Sequence record: SRR31156797_4877
Reading direction: 5' to 3' (one strand)
DNA length: 33,620 nucleotides
Shown here piece by piece: positions 1 to 9,468 of this stretch; position 1 is the first letter of the stretch; every line of letters begins with the position of its first letter. Under the pieces are notes generated by a model, which was not told the origin of the DNA, ran no database searches, and saw only the letters and a list, made by a program, of their open reading frames with translations. The position numbers and the translations under genes were made by a program.

Positions 1-301
1 TGCTCACTTTCTTTCATCAAGGAAAGAAAATCGAGTCGGTTTTGGATGAAACGCCAATATTGTTCTCAAAAACTATAATCTTAATTGATTAATATTTCCT
101 TTTTTAATTGATGTAAATGGTTAATTGTGCGCGGGATATTTTTACTATCGCCGTCTAACTTATAAATGATCATTTAAGGAGTTTATTAAATTCATTAAAA
201 ACTAAAATCATCTTTTGAAACAAGCCATGAGAATATTCTCTCAGACAGGGAAATATTCAAATTCGGTGAGTTTTATGTGATACTAAAAACTAAAAATAAA
301 C

Positions 302-703
302 ATGAAACATTTAATACTATTAAGTCTGGCAATTCTGTTTATTGCTTTTCAGCCTATGGCACAAGGTCCAAACAGAGGAGGAACTCCAGAAGAATTCGCG
401 AATAGACAAACAAAGCAAATGACCGAACTGTTGAGTCTAAATGAAAAACAACAGGAACAAGTAGCTGCACTAAATTTAAAATACGCAAAAAAGAGAAACG
501 AGCAGAGAAAGGAATCTGTTGGCGATAGAGAAGCCATGCGCGAAAAAATGAAAACCATGCGTACAGAGAGACAGAAAGAACTAAAAGAAATACTTTCGGA
601 AGAGCAGTACAATAAGTACATCGAATTTGAAAAAGAAAGATTTGAGAAACGAAGACAAAACGGGCAAGGCCAAGGCAGAGGGCAAGGTTTTGGCAGGCAA
701 TAA
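302..703 (+). CDS. Secreted helical protein, DUF4890 / Spy-CpxP (LTXXQ)-like
   Basis: Signal peptide MKHLILLSLAILFIAFQPMA; two LTXXQ-like motifs (LSLNEKQQEQV, ILSEEQYNKY); charged helices; Gly/Gln/Arg tail. Confidence 0.7.
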   Translation: MKHLILLSLAILFIAFQPMAQGPNRGGTPEEFANRQTKQMTELLSLNEKQQEQVAALNLKYAKKRNEQRKESVGDREAMREKMKTMRTERQKELKEILSEEQYNKYIEFEKERFEKRRQNGQGQGRGQGFGRQ

Positions 704-744
704 AATGAAATAGAAAGTAAGTTAGCTTTTCGGATTTTCTGAAT

Positions 745-782
745 AAAAAGCTCTTGTACATGCTGTGCAAGGGCTTTTTTTT
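745..782 (+). terminator. Rho-independent terminator
   Basis: aaaaagctcttgtaca-tgc-tgtgcaagggcttttt stem (two G-U pairs) followed by a T run, 40 nt after the 302-703 stop. Confidence 0.8.
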
Positions 783-843
783 ATGTAAAAACTTTATCTT
801 TAAATCATTAATCTCATTTCAAACTTAAAAAAACCAAACGAAT

Positions 844-1389
844 ATGCTGAGCTATAAAAAGGCATTACTAATTATTGACATGCAAAAAGGTTCGTTTACT
901 CCACAAACACCGAGATATAATACAAACGTTGTTGTCGAAAACATAAACAAAATAGCTCATAGTATGAGATTAAAGGGCAATACTGTGATATATATCCAAC
1001 ATGATGGAACAGGTTCCGGACAATTTGAAAAAGAAAATACTGATTGGGAATTACTGGATGAATTAGAAACAAGGTCTTCGGATATTTTTATCGACAAATA
1101 TGCCAATGATGTTTTTTATCGATCAAATTTGCAATCCGTCTTAGAAAAAGGACAAGTACAAGAACTCATTATTACAGGTTGTGCAACTGACTTTTGTGTT
1201 GAATCTACTGTCCAATCAGCACTGACTAAAGATTATAAAATTACAATATTAAAAGATGGTCATACTACGGGCGATCGACCTCATCTGAGCGCTAAACAAG
1301 TTATCGATCATTATAATTGGGTTTGGGAAAATATGCTTCCAACTCAAGGTTCTATTTCACTTATTGAAACTCAAGAACTTGTTAAATAA
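844..1389 (+). CDS. Cysteine hydrolase / isochorismatase family protein
   Basis: ALLIIDMQ (catalytic Asp), FIDK (Lys), ITGCATDFCVEST (Cys), typical length. Confidence 0.9.
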   Translation: MLSYKKALLIIDMQKGSFTPQTPRYNTNVVVENINKIAHSMRLKGNTVIYIQHDGTGSGQFEKENTDWELLDELETRSSDIFIDKYANDVFYRSNLQSVLEKGQVQELIITGCATDFCVESTVQSALTKDYKITILKDGHTTGDRPHLSAKQVIDHYNWVWENMLPTQGSISLIETQELVK

Positions 1390-1396
1390 TTATAAT

Positions 1397-1750
1397 ATGA
1401 AGAACTGCTTTGTTATTTCGTTGTTATTGTTAGTAAGTGTACTTGTGCATGCACAAGAAACTGGTAAGACATCCTATTATGCCGATAAATTTGTAGGGAA
1501 ATCAACTGCCAGCGGTGAAATTTATAAACATGAATTAAAAACTGCAGCACATAAAACGCTTCCTTTTGGAACGTTGGTTAAGGTAACTAACCTTGCCTAT
1601 AATAAATCTGTTGTAGTTAAAATAAATGACAGGGGACCTTTTGTAAAAGGGCGAATCATTGATTTATCAAAAAGTGCAGCAGAAGAAATCGGAAGTTTAC
1701 CACAAGGAGTTTTTGAAGTTAAAATTGAGATTGTAACACCAAAACAATAG
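1397..1750 (+). CDS. rlpA: RlpA-family septal ring lytic transglycosylase (DPBB domain only)
   Basis: SYYADKF-G-TASGE, TAAHKTLPFGT, VKINDRGPFVKGRIIDLS; ATG 1397 chosen because it gives a clean signal peptide. Confidence 0.88.
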   Translation: MKNCFVISLLLLVSVLVHAQETGKTSYYADKFVGKSTASGEIYKHELKTAAHKTLPFGTLVKVTNLAYNKSVVVKINDRGPFVKGRIIDLSKSAAEEIGSLPQGVFEVKIEIVTPKQ

Positions 1751-1753
1751 CCT

Positions 1754-2659
1754 ATGATCAAGTATGTAAAAGTAATAGTACCCATTTTTATAACACTGGC
1801 CATTATTTTTCTTAAACCTTTAGTTGAGTTTTTTATTCCTGAACTTGAAAATATTGAGGACTTAAGTAAGTGGATACAGGTATTTCTTACCATCAGTTTA
1901 GCCTGGTTGCTAATAGGAATTATAAGTTTTGCTAAAAAAATATTTCTGAATCGTTTTGATATCTCTGTTGAGGATAACCTTTCGTCTAGAAAAATTCATA
2001 CCCAAATAAATGTCTTGGAAAAGGTGATCATCTTTATCATCATCATTTTTACCATAGGCTTTGTATTACTTTCATTTGACGGGATAAGAAAGATTGGTGT
2101 AGGTTTATTTGCTTCGGCCGGATTGGCTGGTATTATCATTGGTTTATCGGCACAAAAAGTAGTGGGAGCCTTATTAGCCGGAATCCAGATTGCCATTACA
2201 CAACCCTTTAGAATTGACGATGCCGTGCTGGTTGAAAACGAATGGGGATGGATTGAAGAAATTAACCTGACCTATGTGGTGGTGAAGATTTGGGATAAAA
2301 GAAGATTGGTCTTACCATCGAATTATTTTCTGGAAAAACCTTTTCAAAACTGGACCAGAAATAACGCTGAATTATTGGGTTCTGTGTTTATTTATACAGA
2401 TTACACGGTTCCTTTTGATGCATTAAGAGAAGAATTAACCCGAATCCTTGAAAACACAGACTTGTGGGACAAACAAGTAAATGTATTGCAGGTAACAGAT
2501 TCAAAAGAAACAACGGTTGAAAGTAGAATTCTGGTGAGTGCTAAAAACTCGCCTACAGCATGGGATTTAAGAGTTCATGTACGTGAAAAAATGATTGAAT
2601 TTATTCAAAAGAATTATCCGGAAAGTCTACCAAAATCAAGAGTGTTATTACAAAAATAA
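1754..2659 (+). CDS. Small-conductance mechanosensitive channel (MscS family)
   Basis: TM helices, ASAGLAGIIIGLSAQ, QPFRIDD, GWIEEINLTYV, LPSNYFLEKPFQNWTR. Confidence 0.9.
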   Translation: MIKYVKVIVPIFITLAIIFLKPLVEFFIPELENIEDLSKWIQVFLTISLAWLLIGIISFAKKIFLNRFDISVEDNLSSRKIHTQINVLEKVIIFIIIIFTIGFVLLSFDGIRKIGVGLFASAGLAGIIIGLSAQKVVGALLAGIQIAITQPFRIDDAVLVENEWGWIEEINLTYVVVKIWDKRRLVLPSNYFLEKPFQNWTRNNAELLGSVFIYTDYTVPFDALREELTRILENTDLWDKQVNVLQVTDSKETTVESRILVSAKNSPTAWDLRVHVREKMIEFIQKNYPESLPKSRVLLQK

Positions 2660-2687
2660 AAAGGGTGCCAATTGGCACCCTCTCTTT
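2658..2687. terminator. Probable bidirectional terminator between convergent genes
   Basis: Perfect 20-bp palindrome agggtgccaattggcaccct (2662-2681) with an A run on the left and a pyrimidine run on the right. Confidence 0.75.
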
Positions 2688-2716
2688 CACTAATACGCAA
2701 TCAATTTTGCTATCTG

Positions 2717-4774
2717 CTAATTATTGAAAACACTGTCGTCAATACCTTTATTAATCTCTATAGAATTAACGGTTATATCAATTACCTGTGGCCCCATGGA
2801 CTGAGATAAAACTGTTGGAAATTTAACCCCATCAATCTCTTTATATTCGTCAAAAGTAGTGATTGAACTACCTGTTGGCAGACTGGAAACTTGCTTCAGT
2901 TTTAATCCACTTTCTACATCAAAATAAGCCGTAGAGCTTTTACCTGAAGGAGAAGTAATCGTCATTTTGTAAACATCTTTACCATCCAGTTTATCCTTGG
3001 CAGTTAGTTCTAATTCAAAACCTAATTCATCATATTCCAGTTCAGGAAACAAAATGGCTTGGTATTTCATATCCTCGAGCATTTCACCTTCTAGTTTTTG
3101 CTCTTGTCCCTGCATCGCCATTCTTCCTTCTGTACCATTAAAAACCTGCATGCTTAAAGTATTTCCTCCCATTAAAGTTTCAACCTTAATTTTATTAGGT
3201 GCTTTTTGATAGCTATTCATGCTTAACTCCATTCCCTGAACACTCATGCTGGCGCTCATTTGCATATCCTGTACTTTTTTCAAATTTTCGGCACCTCCTA
3301 ATGCCTCAACATAGTTGGCAATTACGTTTTTAGCAGTTAAACCAACAGGAATTCCTGAGCGCACCACTTTTTCTGCATAAAAATCATACTCAGTTACTTT
3401 TTCTCCTTTAGCTACATTTTTCATTAAAGGCTCAATGACAGTAATATCACCAACTGCAAGAAATAAAGCGTTATCTGGTTTAATATATTTTTTTGCAGCT
3501 TCTTTTACATCTTCAATGGTAATTGCTGCTAATCTTTCCGGATAGGTTTCATAGTAATCCGTAGGTAAATTGTACTTGTCAATATTTACGGCAAAACGAG
3601 CAATGGTTGCAGGATCTTCCAATGAACGGCCAAAACTACCTGCCATCGCATTTTTAATCAACTGCAAATCTTCTTCCTTTACATCTTCGTTAATGATGCG
3701 CTCCATCTCTTTATGAATCTCAACAAAAGCACTGTCGGTAACAGTTCCTTTTACATTAGAGTAGGCCTTAAATACACCCATATGCTCATCGGTACTTATG
3801 CGAGAATAGGCACCATAAGTCCAGGCTTTATCTTCTCTCAAATTCTGGAACAAACGCGAACTAAATCCTCCGCCTCCAAGCACACGATTCATTACACTTG
3901 CTTTTAAAGCATCTGGTGTTCCAGGTTTTAAATCTACAGGATAAGAAACGGTAATGTAGGCCTGATTGGCATCATCTTTATGAGCCATGGCATATTTGGC
4001 CTGGCTAAATCCAGCTGGTTTTACAAATTCTTCAGAAGGCACCTCTTGTTTTTCCCATTTAGAAAAATAAGTTTTCACCGTCTTTTTTGCTTCTTTTGGT
4101 GTAATATCCCCTACTATTACCAGGTATGCTACATTCGGACGAAAATAGGTCTGATAATAGTTTTTACAATCTTCCACTGTAATATTTTCATAACTATCCT
4201 CAGTAGCCATTTCACCGTAAGCCGTTTCCTTTCCAAACATTAAAGCCTGGGTAATATTCGATGAAATAGATTTTGGATCGTCTTTTTCCGATTTTATTGC
4301 AGTTAGATATTGCTTCCGTAGTTTGTCCAACTCTTCCTGTGGAAATACAGGATTGTACAAAACGTCAGTCATTAAATCCAGTAACTGCGAAGAGTGCTTT
4401 TTTAAAGAGCTGGCATAAATACCTTTTCTGTTGGTACTTAATGAAGCTCCTATAAAATCAATTTCCTCATCTAATTGATCTTTTGTTTTACTAGAGGTTC
4501 CAGATCTAAGTAACTCTCCGGCCATTGAAGTGTATCCTACTTTATCTCCCTCGAAAATAGGATCAAGATTAAGTGATAAAGAATAGGAAACCACTGGTAA
4601 CTTATGATTTTCAACTACAATTACTTTTAATCCATTTTTTAGTTCAAACTTGGTGAATTCCCCTAATTCAAGTTTAGTAGCAGAACCTGCTTCAGGTGCT
4701 TTTGATCTATCTAACTGGGCTTTGGCTGACAGTACAGTAAAAACCAAAGCTAAGGCTATATATATTTTCTTCAT
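2717..4774 (-). CDS. M16 (insulinase/pitrilysin) peptidase, non-catalytic subunit with an extra C-terminal domain
   Basis: Signal peptide; LKNGLKVIVVENHKLP; no HXXEH; SSRLFQNLREDKAWTYGAYS R/Y motif; ~200-aa C-terminal extension. Confidence 0.85.
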   Translation of the reverse strand: MKKIYIALALVFTVLSAKAQLDRSKAPEAGSATKLELGEFTKFELKNGLKVIVVENHKLPVVSYSLSLNLDPIFEGDKVGYTSMAGELLRSGTSSKTKDQLDEEIDFIGASLSTNRKGIYASSLKKHSSQLLDLMTDVLYNPVFPQEELDKLRKQYLTAIKSEKDDPKSISSNITQALMFGKETAYGEMATEDSYENITVEDCKNYYQTYFRPNVAYLVIVGDITPKEAKKTVKTYFSKWEKQEVPSEEFVKPAGFSQAKYAMAHKDDANQAYITVSYPVDLKPGTPDALKASVMNRVLGGGGFSSRLFQNLREDKAWTYGAYSRISTDEHMGVFKAYSNVKGTVTDSAFVEIHKEMERIINEDVKEEDLQLIKNAMAGSFGRSLEDPATIARFAVNIDKYNLPTDYYETYPERLAAITIEDVKEAAKKYIKPDNALFLAVGDITVIEPLMKNVAKGEKVTEYDFYAEKVVRSGIPVGLTAKNVIANYVEALGGAENLKKVQDMQMSASMSVQGMELSMNSYQKAPNKIKVETLMGGNTLSMQVFNGTEGRMAMQGQEQKLEGEMLEDMKYQAILFPELEYDELGFELELTAKDKLDGKDVYKMTITSPSGKSSTAYFDVESGLKLKQVSSLPTGSSITTFDEYKEIDGVKFPTVLSQSMGPQVIDITVNSIEINKGIDDSVFNN

Positions 4775-4802
4775 ATTGAATTTTCTTATTTGTGTAAATA
4801 TA

Positions 4803-6134
4803 TTAGTTGGCTTGCTGTGCTTTTGGTAAGTAAAGTATAGCTACCCTGTTTTTTTCGTTTAAATATTTTTTAGCCACACGTTGAATGTCTTCACGGGTTA
4901 CTGCCAAATACTTATCTAAATCTTTATTTACTAATTCTGTATCCTTAAAGTAAGTATAGCTGGTTGCCAGGTTTTCTCCGATATAAGCCAGTTTTCTATT
5001 ACCATTAACAATAGAGTTTTCAATCTGATTTTTAAGTTTTTCGAATTCTCTTTCGGTAATTAATTCCTCTTGTACTTTTTGAATTTCAGCAATCATGGCA
5101 TCTTCCATCACTTTGTTATCCACACCTGCATTAGGGAAAGCATAAGCTAAAGTCATACCCGGATCTTCCAGTCCCATAGAAAATGAGCCTACTTGCATCG
5201 CCAACTGTTCTTTATCAACCAACGATTTGTACAAACGCGAACTTTGCCCTTTAGAAAGAACCTGATTCAGCATATCCATAGCATAGTAATCATCGGTACC
5301 CATAGCCGGGATATGATAGGCATGTAGAATAACCGGAATCTGCACCGCTCTGTAAACAGTATCTCTAACCTCTGCTGTTTGTGCATCCTCAAATTCAGTT
5401 GGACGCAACATTGGTTTGGTGCCTCTTGGAATTTCGCTGAAATATTTTTCAACCATCGCTTTGGCATTTGCCTTATCAATATCTCCGGCAATTACCAAAC
5501 AGGCATTATTAGGCACATAGTAAGTGTTGTAAAAATCCACAAAGTCCTGATCTTTTGCATTCATGATATGATCCGGATCACCAATTACAGGCCATTGGTA
5601 TGGATGCTTTTTGTAAGCACTTTCAAAGGTTACTTTAATAATATCACCGTAAGGCGTGTTATCGTATCGTTGTTTCTTTTCCTCAATTACTACTCTTTTT
5701 TGAGTAGCAATACCAATAGAATCTACTTTGGCATGAAGCATTCTTTCAGACTCTAACCACAATCCTAATTCCAATTGGTTTGATGGTAATATTTCGTAGT
5801 AGTAAGTACGGTCGTTGGACGTATTGGCATTTAGTGAACCTCCGGCACGTTCTACGTAGTTACTGTATTCGTGACGTTCAATATTTTCAGTTCCTTCAAA
5901 CATCAGGTGTTCAAAAAAGTGAGCAAATCCGGTTAATTCAGGATTTTCATTTTTTGATCCTACATGATACATAACGGAAACATGAACGATCGGTGTAGCA
6001 TTATCCTGATGTAAGATAACATGAAGTCCGTTATCCAGGTCAAATTCTTCAAACTCAATATTGGGCGATTGCGCTGCCAGGTTAATAGCTGCCAACAGAC
6101 AAGCTATGGTTAATGTTAGTTTACTTTTACTCAT
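4803..6134 (-). CDS. M16 zinc peptidase, catalytic subunit
   Basis: Signal peptide; GFAHFFEHLMF (inverted HXXEH), NANTSNDRTYY, LWLESERM, VIEEK, HPYQWPVIG. Confidence 0.92.
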   Translation of the reverse strand: MSKSKLTLTIACLLAAINLAAQSPNIEFEEFDLDNGLHVILHQDNATPIVHVSVMYHVGSKNENPELTGFAHFFEHLMFEGTENIERHEYSNYVERAGGSLNANTSNDRTYYYEILPSNQLELGLWLESERMLHAKVDSIGIATQKRVVIEEKKQRYDNTPYGDIIKVTFESAYKKHPYQWPVIGDPDHIMNAKDQDFVDFYNTYYVPNNACLVIAGDIDKANAKAMVEKYFSEIPRGTKPMLRPTEFEDAQTAEVRDTVYRAVQIPVILHAYHIPAMGTDDYYAMDMLNQVLSKGQSSRLYKSLVDKEQLAMQVGSFSMGLEDPGMTLAYAFPNAGVDNKVMEDAMIAEIQKVQEELITEREFEKLKNQIENSIVNGNRKLAYIGENLATSYTYFKDTELVNKDLDKYLAVTREDIQRVAKKYLNEKNRVAILYLPKAQQAN

Positions 6135-6344
6135 ATGCGTTCATTTTTATTTATACAAAAAGATAGGTTCTTGGCAATCAATGATAATGCCAAGCTTATT
6201 TATGCTCAATATTTCAGATTGTTAGCCATTTACAACGAAAATGCGCATCGTTCGAAAGCGTACAGATTAATGTCTAATACCGTACACAAGTATAGTCATT
6301 TTAAGTTTAGTATGATTATTGTTAGAACTTGCTCCCGGAACATC

Positions 6345-6352
6345 TATTTTTG
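6345..6352 (+). promoter_or_regulatory. Bacteroidota sigma70 -7 element (TATTTTTG)
   Basis: Matches TAnnTTTG, 36 nt upstream of ATG 6389. Confidence 0.45.
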
Positions 6353-6388
6353 TTAATATTGTACCATAATCAAGATAATCATTCATTA

Positions 6389-6859
6389 ATGAAGAAGATT
6401 TTACAAGTCTTTACGGTTTGCCTTAGCCTGTTTATGCTGGCTTGCGATGATCAGTCATCCGAATTTTGCCTGTCGAATCAGCAATCTGTTCAAGTAGGAT
6501 TGTATTCATCATACCAAACTACTGACAAGGATTCTACAGTAAGCGATTTAGTAGTTTATAGTTTGGGAGTAGATAGTATTTTATACGATTCGGTTTCGAT
6601 AAATAAACTATACCTGCCTCTAAACATGCTGGAAAACGAATCGCAGTTTATTTTTAAGCTGGATGGAAAAGAGGATACGGTGACTTTTATTCATGATAAG
6701 GAACTGGACTTTGTGTCGGGTGAATGTGGTTTTATTTTTAAGTTCTATTTAGATACGGTAAAGTACTCTGATTATTCTTTTATTCATACGGCTATCATTA
6801 ATGATGATGAGGTTATTTACAACGAAAACTTCGAAAATGTTAAGATATATCTTTACTAG
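6389..6859 (+). CDS. Lipoprotein, DUF6452-like
   Basis: Lipobox MLAC followed by DD; LYLPLN, FVSGECGF motif, NVKIYLY end; start moved to ATG 6389. Confidence 0.65.
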   Translation: MKKILQVFTVCLSLFMLACDDQSSEFCLSNQQSVQVGLYSSYQTTDKDSTVSDLVVYSLGVDSILYDSVSINKLYLPLNMLENESQFIFKLDGKEDTVTFIHDKELDFVSGECGFIFKFYLDTVKYSDYSFIHTAIINDDEVIYNENFENVKIYLY

Positions 6860-7586
6860 TTTATTATTGACTTTCTTCATTCAACTGTCTTTTGGACAAG
6901 ATTACACGCAATCTAAATCGGAAAGAGAACGACAAAAGATGGAAAGTGAAGAAGGTACTCCACGTGCTCCCAAAGTTAAAATCCCTTATCCCAATAAAAA
7001 GAGAGGTACTGAACTGGGAATTGATGTGTCGCGTTTTTTAGTTCCTGTTTTCGATGACAGCCGTTTAGCAGTGGAAGCCAGTATTCGTACGAATTTTAAA
7101 CAGCGTATGTTTTTAACCGGAGCCTTAGGTTCTGAACAGGTTTCTTTCGATGATAAATCCTATACCTATGAATCGACCGGAATATATGCCAGATTGGGGA
7201 TTGACTACGATATTTTTGTGATTGAAGAGGAAGGTAATAACGACAATATTTTATTTGGATTGAGATATGGTTATGCCATTCTGGAGCACGAAGCCGGATC
7301 ATTTACGATTGAAGGTGACTACTGGGGTTCTTTTAATGGCTCTGTGAGTCCGTACACTGTAAGCACGCATTGGACAGAATTGGTATTCGGCCTGCGAAGT
7401 GAGGTGCTGAATAATTTTTACATGAGTTGGTTAATCCGCGTAAAAGCAAAAATAGCTACTAGTAATAAAGAAATACTACAACCCTACGTGGTTCCCGGTT
7501 ACGGATCGGGCTCCAATAAAATTAACCTGGGCTTTTCTTATACACTCGGTTATCAAATTCCTTGGGGAAACAAAAAAAGAAGATAA
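6837..7586 (+). CDS. Outer-membrane beta-barrel-like protein, DUF6048-like
   Basis: Signal peptide from ATG 6837; G-YARLGIDYD, GLRYGY, HWTELVFG, VPGYG, FSYTLGYQIPW; overlaps the upstream lipoprotein gene. Confidence 0.65.
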   Translation: MLRYIFTSLLLTFFIQLSFGQDYTQSKSERERQKMESEEGTPRAPKVKIPYPNKKRGTELGIDVSRFLVPVFDDSRLAVEASIRTNFKQRMFLTGALGSEQVSFDDKSYTYESTGIYARLGIDYDIFVIEEEGNNDNILFGLRYGYAILEHEAGSFTIEGDYWGSFNGSVSPYTVSTHWTELVFGLRSEVLNNFYMSWLIRVKAKIATSNKEILQPYVVPGYGSGSNKINLGFSYTLGYQIPWGNKKRR

Positions 7587-7728
7587 AAACAGAATTTTAT
7601 CCAAAATTCTGAAGAAAATGACCTGAGTTATATGTACTATGTATCTCTAGATATATATATATTATCCGGACAAAAAATTCATGCTGGAAATAATTAACTT
7701 CAAAACGAGATTAATCCTTTCGTCCATG

Positions 7729-7736
7729 TATATTTG
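7729..7736 (+). promoter_or_regulatory. Bacteroidota -7 promoter element (TATATTTG)
   Basis: Consensus TAnnTTTG 23 nt upstream of the ABC-F ATG. Confidence 0.6.
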
Positions 7737-7759
7737 CCGAAAATTTCAATAATTAGATT

Positions 7760-9397
7760 ATGATATCAGTTGATGGTGTGGGTGTAGAGTTTGGAGGAAC
7801 CACCCTTTTTAGCAATATTTCTTTTGTAGTGAATGAAACTGACCGTATTGCCCTAATGGGAAAAAACGGTGCTGGAAAATCTACTTTATTAAAGATTATA
7901 GCAGGGGAACGTAAACCCAACATGGGGGGAATCTCTAAATCGGAAGGGGACGTTATTGCTTATTTGCCACAGCATTTACTAACTGAAGATAATCGTACCG
8001 TCTTTGAAGAAGCTTCTCAGGCTTTTTCAAATGTACTTTCCATGCAATCCAGAATAGATGAGTTAAACGAACAACTAACCATTCGTACCGACTATGAATC
8101 GCAGGAATACTTGGATATCATTGAAGAAGTTTCCACTTTAAGCGAAAAGCTATATAGTATGGGCGAAATTAACTTTGATGGCGAAGTCGAAAAGATTCTT
8201 TTAGGCTTGGGCTTTGTACGTGAAGATTTTTCGAAACCAACTAGTGAATTCAGTGGAGGGTGGCGTATGCGTATTGAACTGGCGAAAATTCTTTTACGCA
8301 AGCCCGATTTAATATTACTGGATGAACCAACTAACCATCTGGATATCGAATCGGTATTATGGCTGGAGGATTTCCTGATTAACAGTGCCAAGGCGGTGAT
8401 AGTTATCTCTCACGACCGTCGTTTTGTTGATAATATCACTAACCGTACTGTGGAATTGACCATGGGTCGTATATACGATTACAAGGTGAATTTTACCAAA
8501 TATCAGGAGCTAAGAAAAGAGCGACGAGAACAACAGCAAAAAGCGTTTGATGAGCAACAAAAGATGATTGCCGAAAATAAAGCATTTATTGAGCGATTTA
8601 AAGGAACTTACTCAAAAACCTTGCAGGTACAGTCTCGCGTTAAAATGTTGGAAAAACTGGAGATTGTTGAGGTGGATGAGGTAGATACATCTACATTGCG
8701 ATTACGTTTTCCGGCAGCCCCACGATCCGGTTCTTATCCGGTAATTGTCGAAGATGTTTCCAAATCGTATGGTAATCACCTTGTGTTTTCAGGTGCTGGG
8801 TTTACTATCGAGAGAGGTGAGAAAGTGGCCTTTGTAGGGAAAAATGGAGAAGGTAAGTCAACGCTTGTAAAAGCTATCATGGGAGAAGTTGAGCACGAAG
8901 GAAAAATCACCATAGGTCATAACATTAACATTGGGTATTTTGCCCAAAATGCAGCTTCAATGCTCGATGAAAATATCTCCGTTTTTCAAACCATAGATGA
9001 TATTGCAGTGGGTGAAATCCGAACAAAGATTAAAGATATTTTAGGAGGCTTTATGTTTGGTGGTGAAGATATTGATAAAAAAGTGAAGGTACTCTCTGGT
9101 GGTGAGCGCTCTCGGCTGGCCATGGTTAAATTATTGTTGGAACCCTATAATCTGTTAATACTGGATGAACCGACGAACCATCTAGATATGCGCTCAAAAG
9201 ATATTCTTAAACAGGCATTGGAAAAATATGATGGTACTTTAATATTAGTATCGCATGATCGTGATTTCCTGGATGGCCTTGTTTCAAAAGTGTACGAATT
9301 TGGAAATAAGCAAGTAAAAGAACATTTAGAGGGAGTTAATGAATTCCTTGCGCGTAAAAAAATGGAAAACTTAAGTGAACTGGAGAAGAAGAATTGA
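7760..9397 (+). CDS. ABC-F family ribosome-associated ATPase
   Basis: Two ABC domains (GKNGAGKST / FSGGW / LLDEPTNHLD / SHDR and GKNGEGKST / LSGGE / ILDEPTNHLD / SHDR), helical linker, no TM segments. Confidence 0.95.
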   Translation: MISVDGVGVEFGGTTLFSNISFVVNETDRIALMGKNGAGKSTLLKIIAGERKPNMGGISKSEGDVIAYLPQHLLTEDNRTVFEEASQAFSNVLSMQSRIDELNEQLTIRTDYESQEYLDIIEEVSTLSEKLYSMGEINFDGEVEKILLGLGFVREDFSKPTSEFSGGWRMRIELAKILLRKPDLILLDEPTNHLDIESVLWLEDFLINSAKAVIVISHDRRFVDNITNRTVELTMGRIYDYKVNFTKYQELRKERREQQQKAFDEQQKMIAENKAFIERFKGTYSKTLQVQSRVKMLEKLEIVEVDEVDTSTLRLRFPAAPRSGSYPVIVEDVSKSYGNHLVFSGAGFTIERGEKVAFVGKNGEGKSTLVKAIMGEVEHEGKITIGHNINIGYFAQNAASMLDENISVFQTIDDIAVGEIRTKIKDILGGFMFGGEDIDKKVKVLSGGERSRLAMVKLLLEPYNLLILDEPTNHLDMRSKDILKQALEKYDGTLILVSHDRDFLDGLVSKVYEFGNKQVKEHLEGVNEFLARKKMENLSELEKKN

Positions 9398-9404
9398 TTT
9401 TAAA

Positions 9405-9448
9405 TTCAAACCCTGACAATACCATCTATGCATTAGTCAGGGCTTGAG
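9405..9448. terminator. Inverted repeat between convergent ABC-F and thiF; possible terminator
   Basis: ttcaaaccctgac ... gtcagggcttgag arms with a long loop and only weak T tracts. Confidence 0.5.
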
Positions 9449-9468
9449 TAAACCGGAATAAAGAAAAC

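Noticed and set aside
1-17. Possible start of a minus-strand gene (ATG AAA GAA AGT GAG, MKESE) running off the left edge
   Set aside because: Only five codons are visible, so it cannot be supported or identified
661-700. Short ggcaagg-type tandem repeats
   Set aside because: They simply encode the low-complexity GQGQGRGQG tail
6135-6356. 73-aa ORF in the divergent promoter region
   Set aside because: Spans the whole intergenic promoter region with no motif; likely chance
7651-7662. (AT)n run upstream of the ABC-F promoter as a phase-variable tract
   Set aside because: Only about six units in AT-rich DNA and not between promoter elements
7726-7752. MYICRKFQ mini-ORF as an antibiotic-sensing leader for the ABC-F gene
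   Set aside because: Its ATG lies upstream of the predicted -7 box, so it would not be on that transcript; no attenuator hairpin seen
7760-9397. ABC-F as an antibiotic-resistance factor or as partner of the RAPP arrest peptide
   Set aside because: Looks like a housekeeping ABC-F, lies ~12 kb from the leader, and no sequence evidence links them
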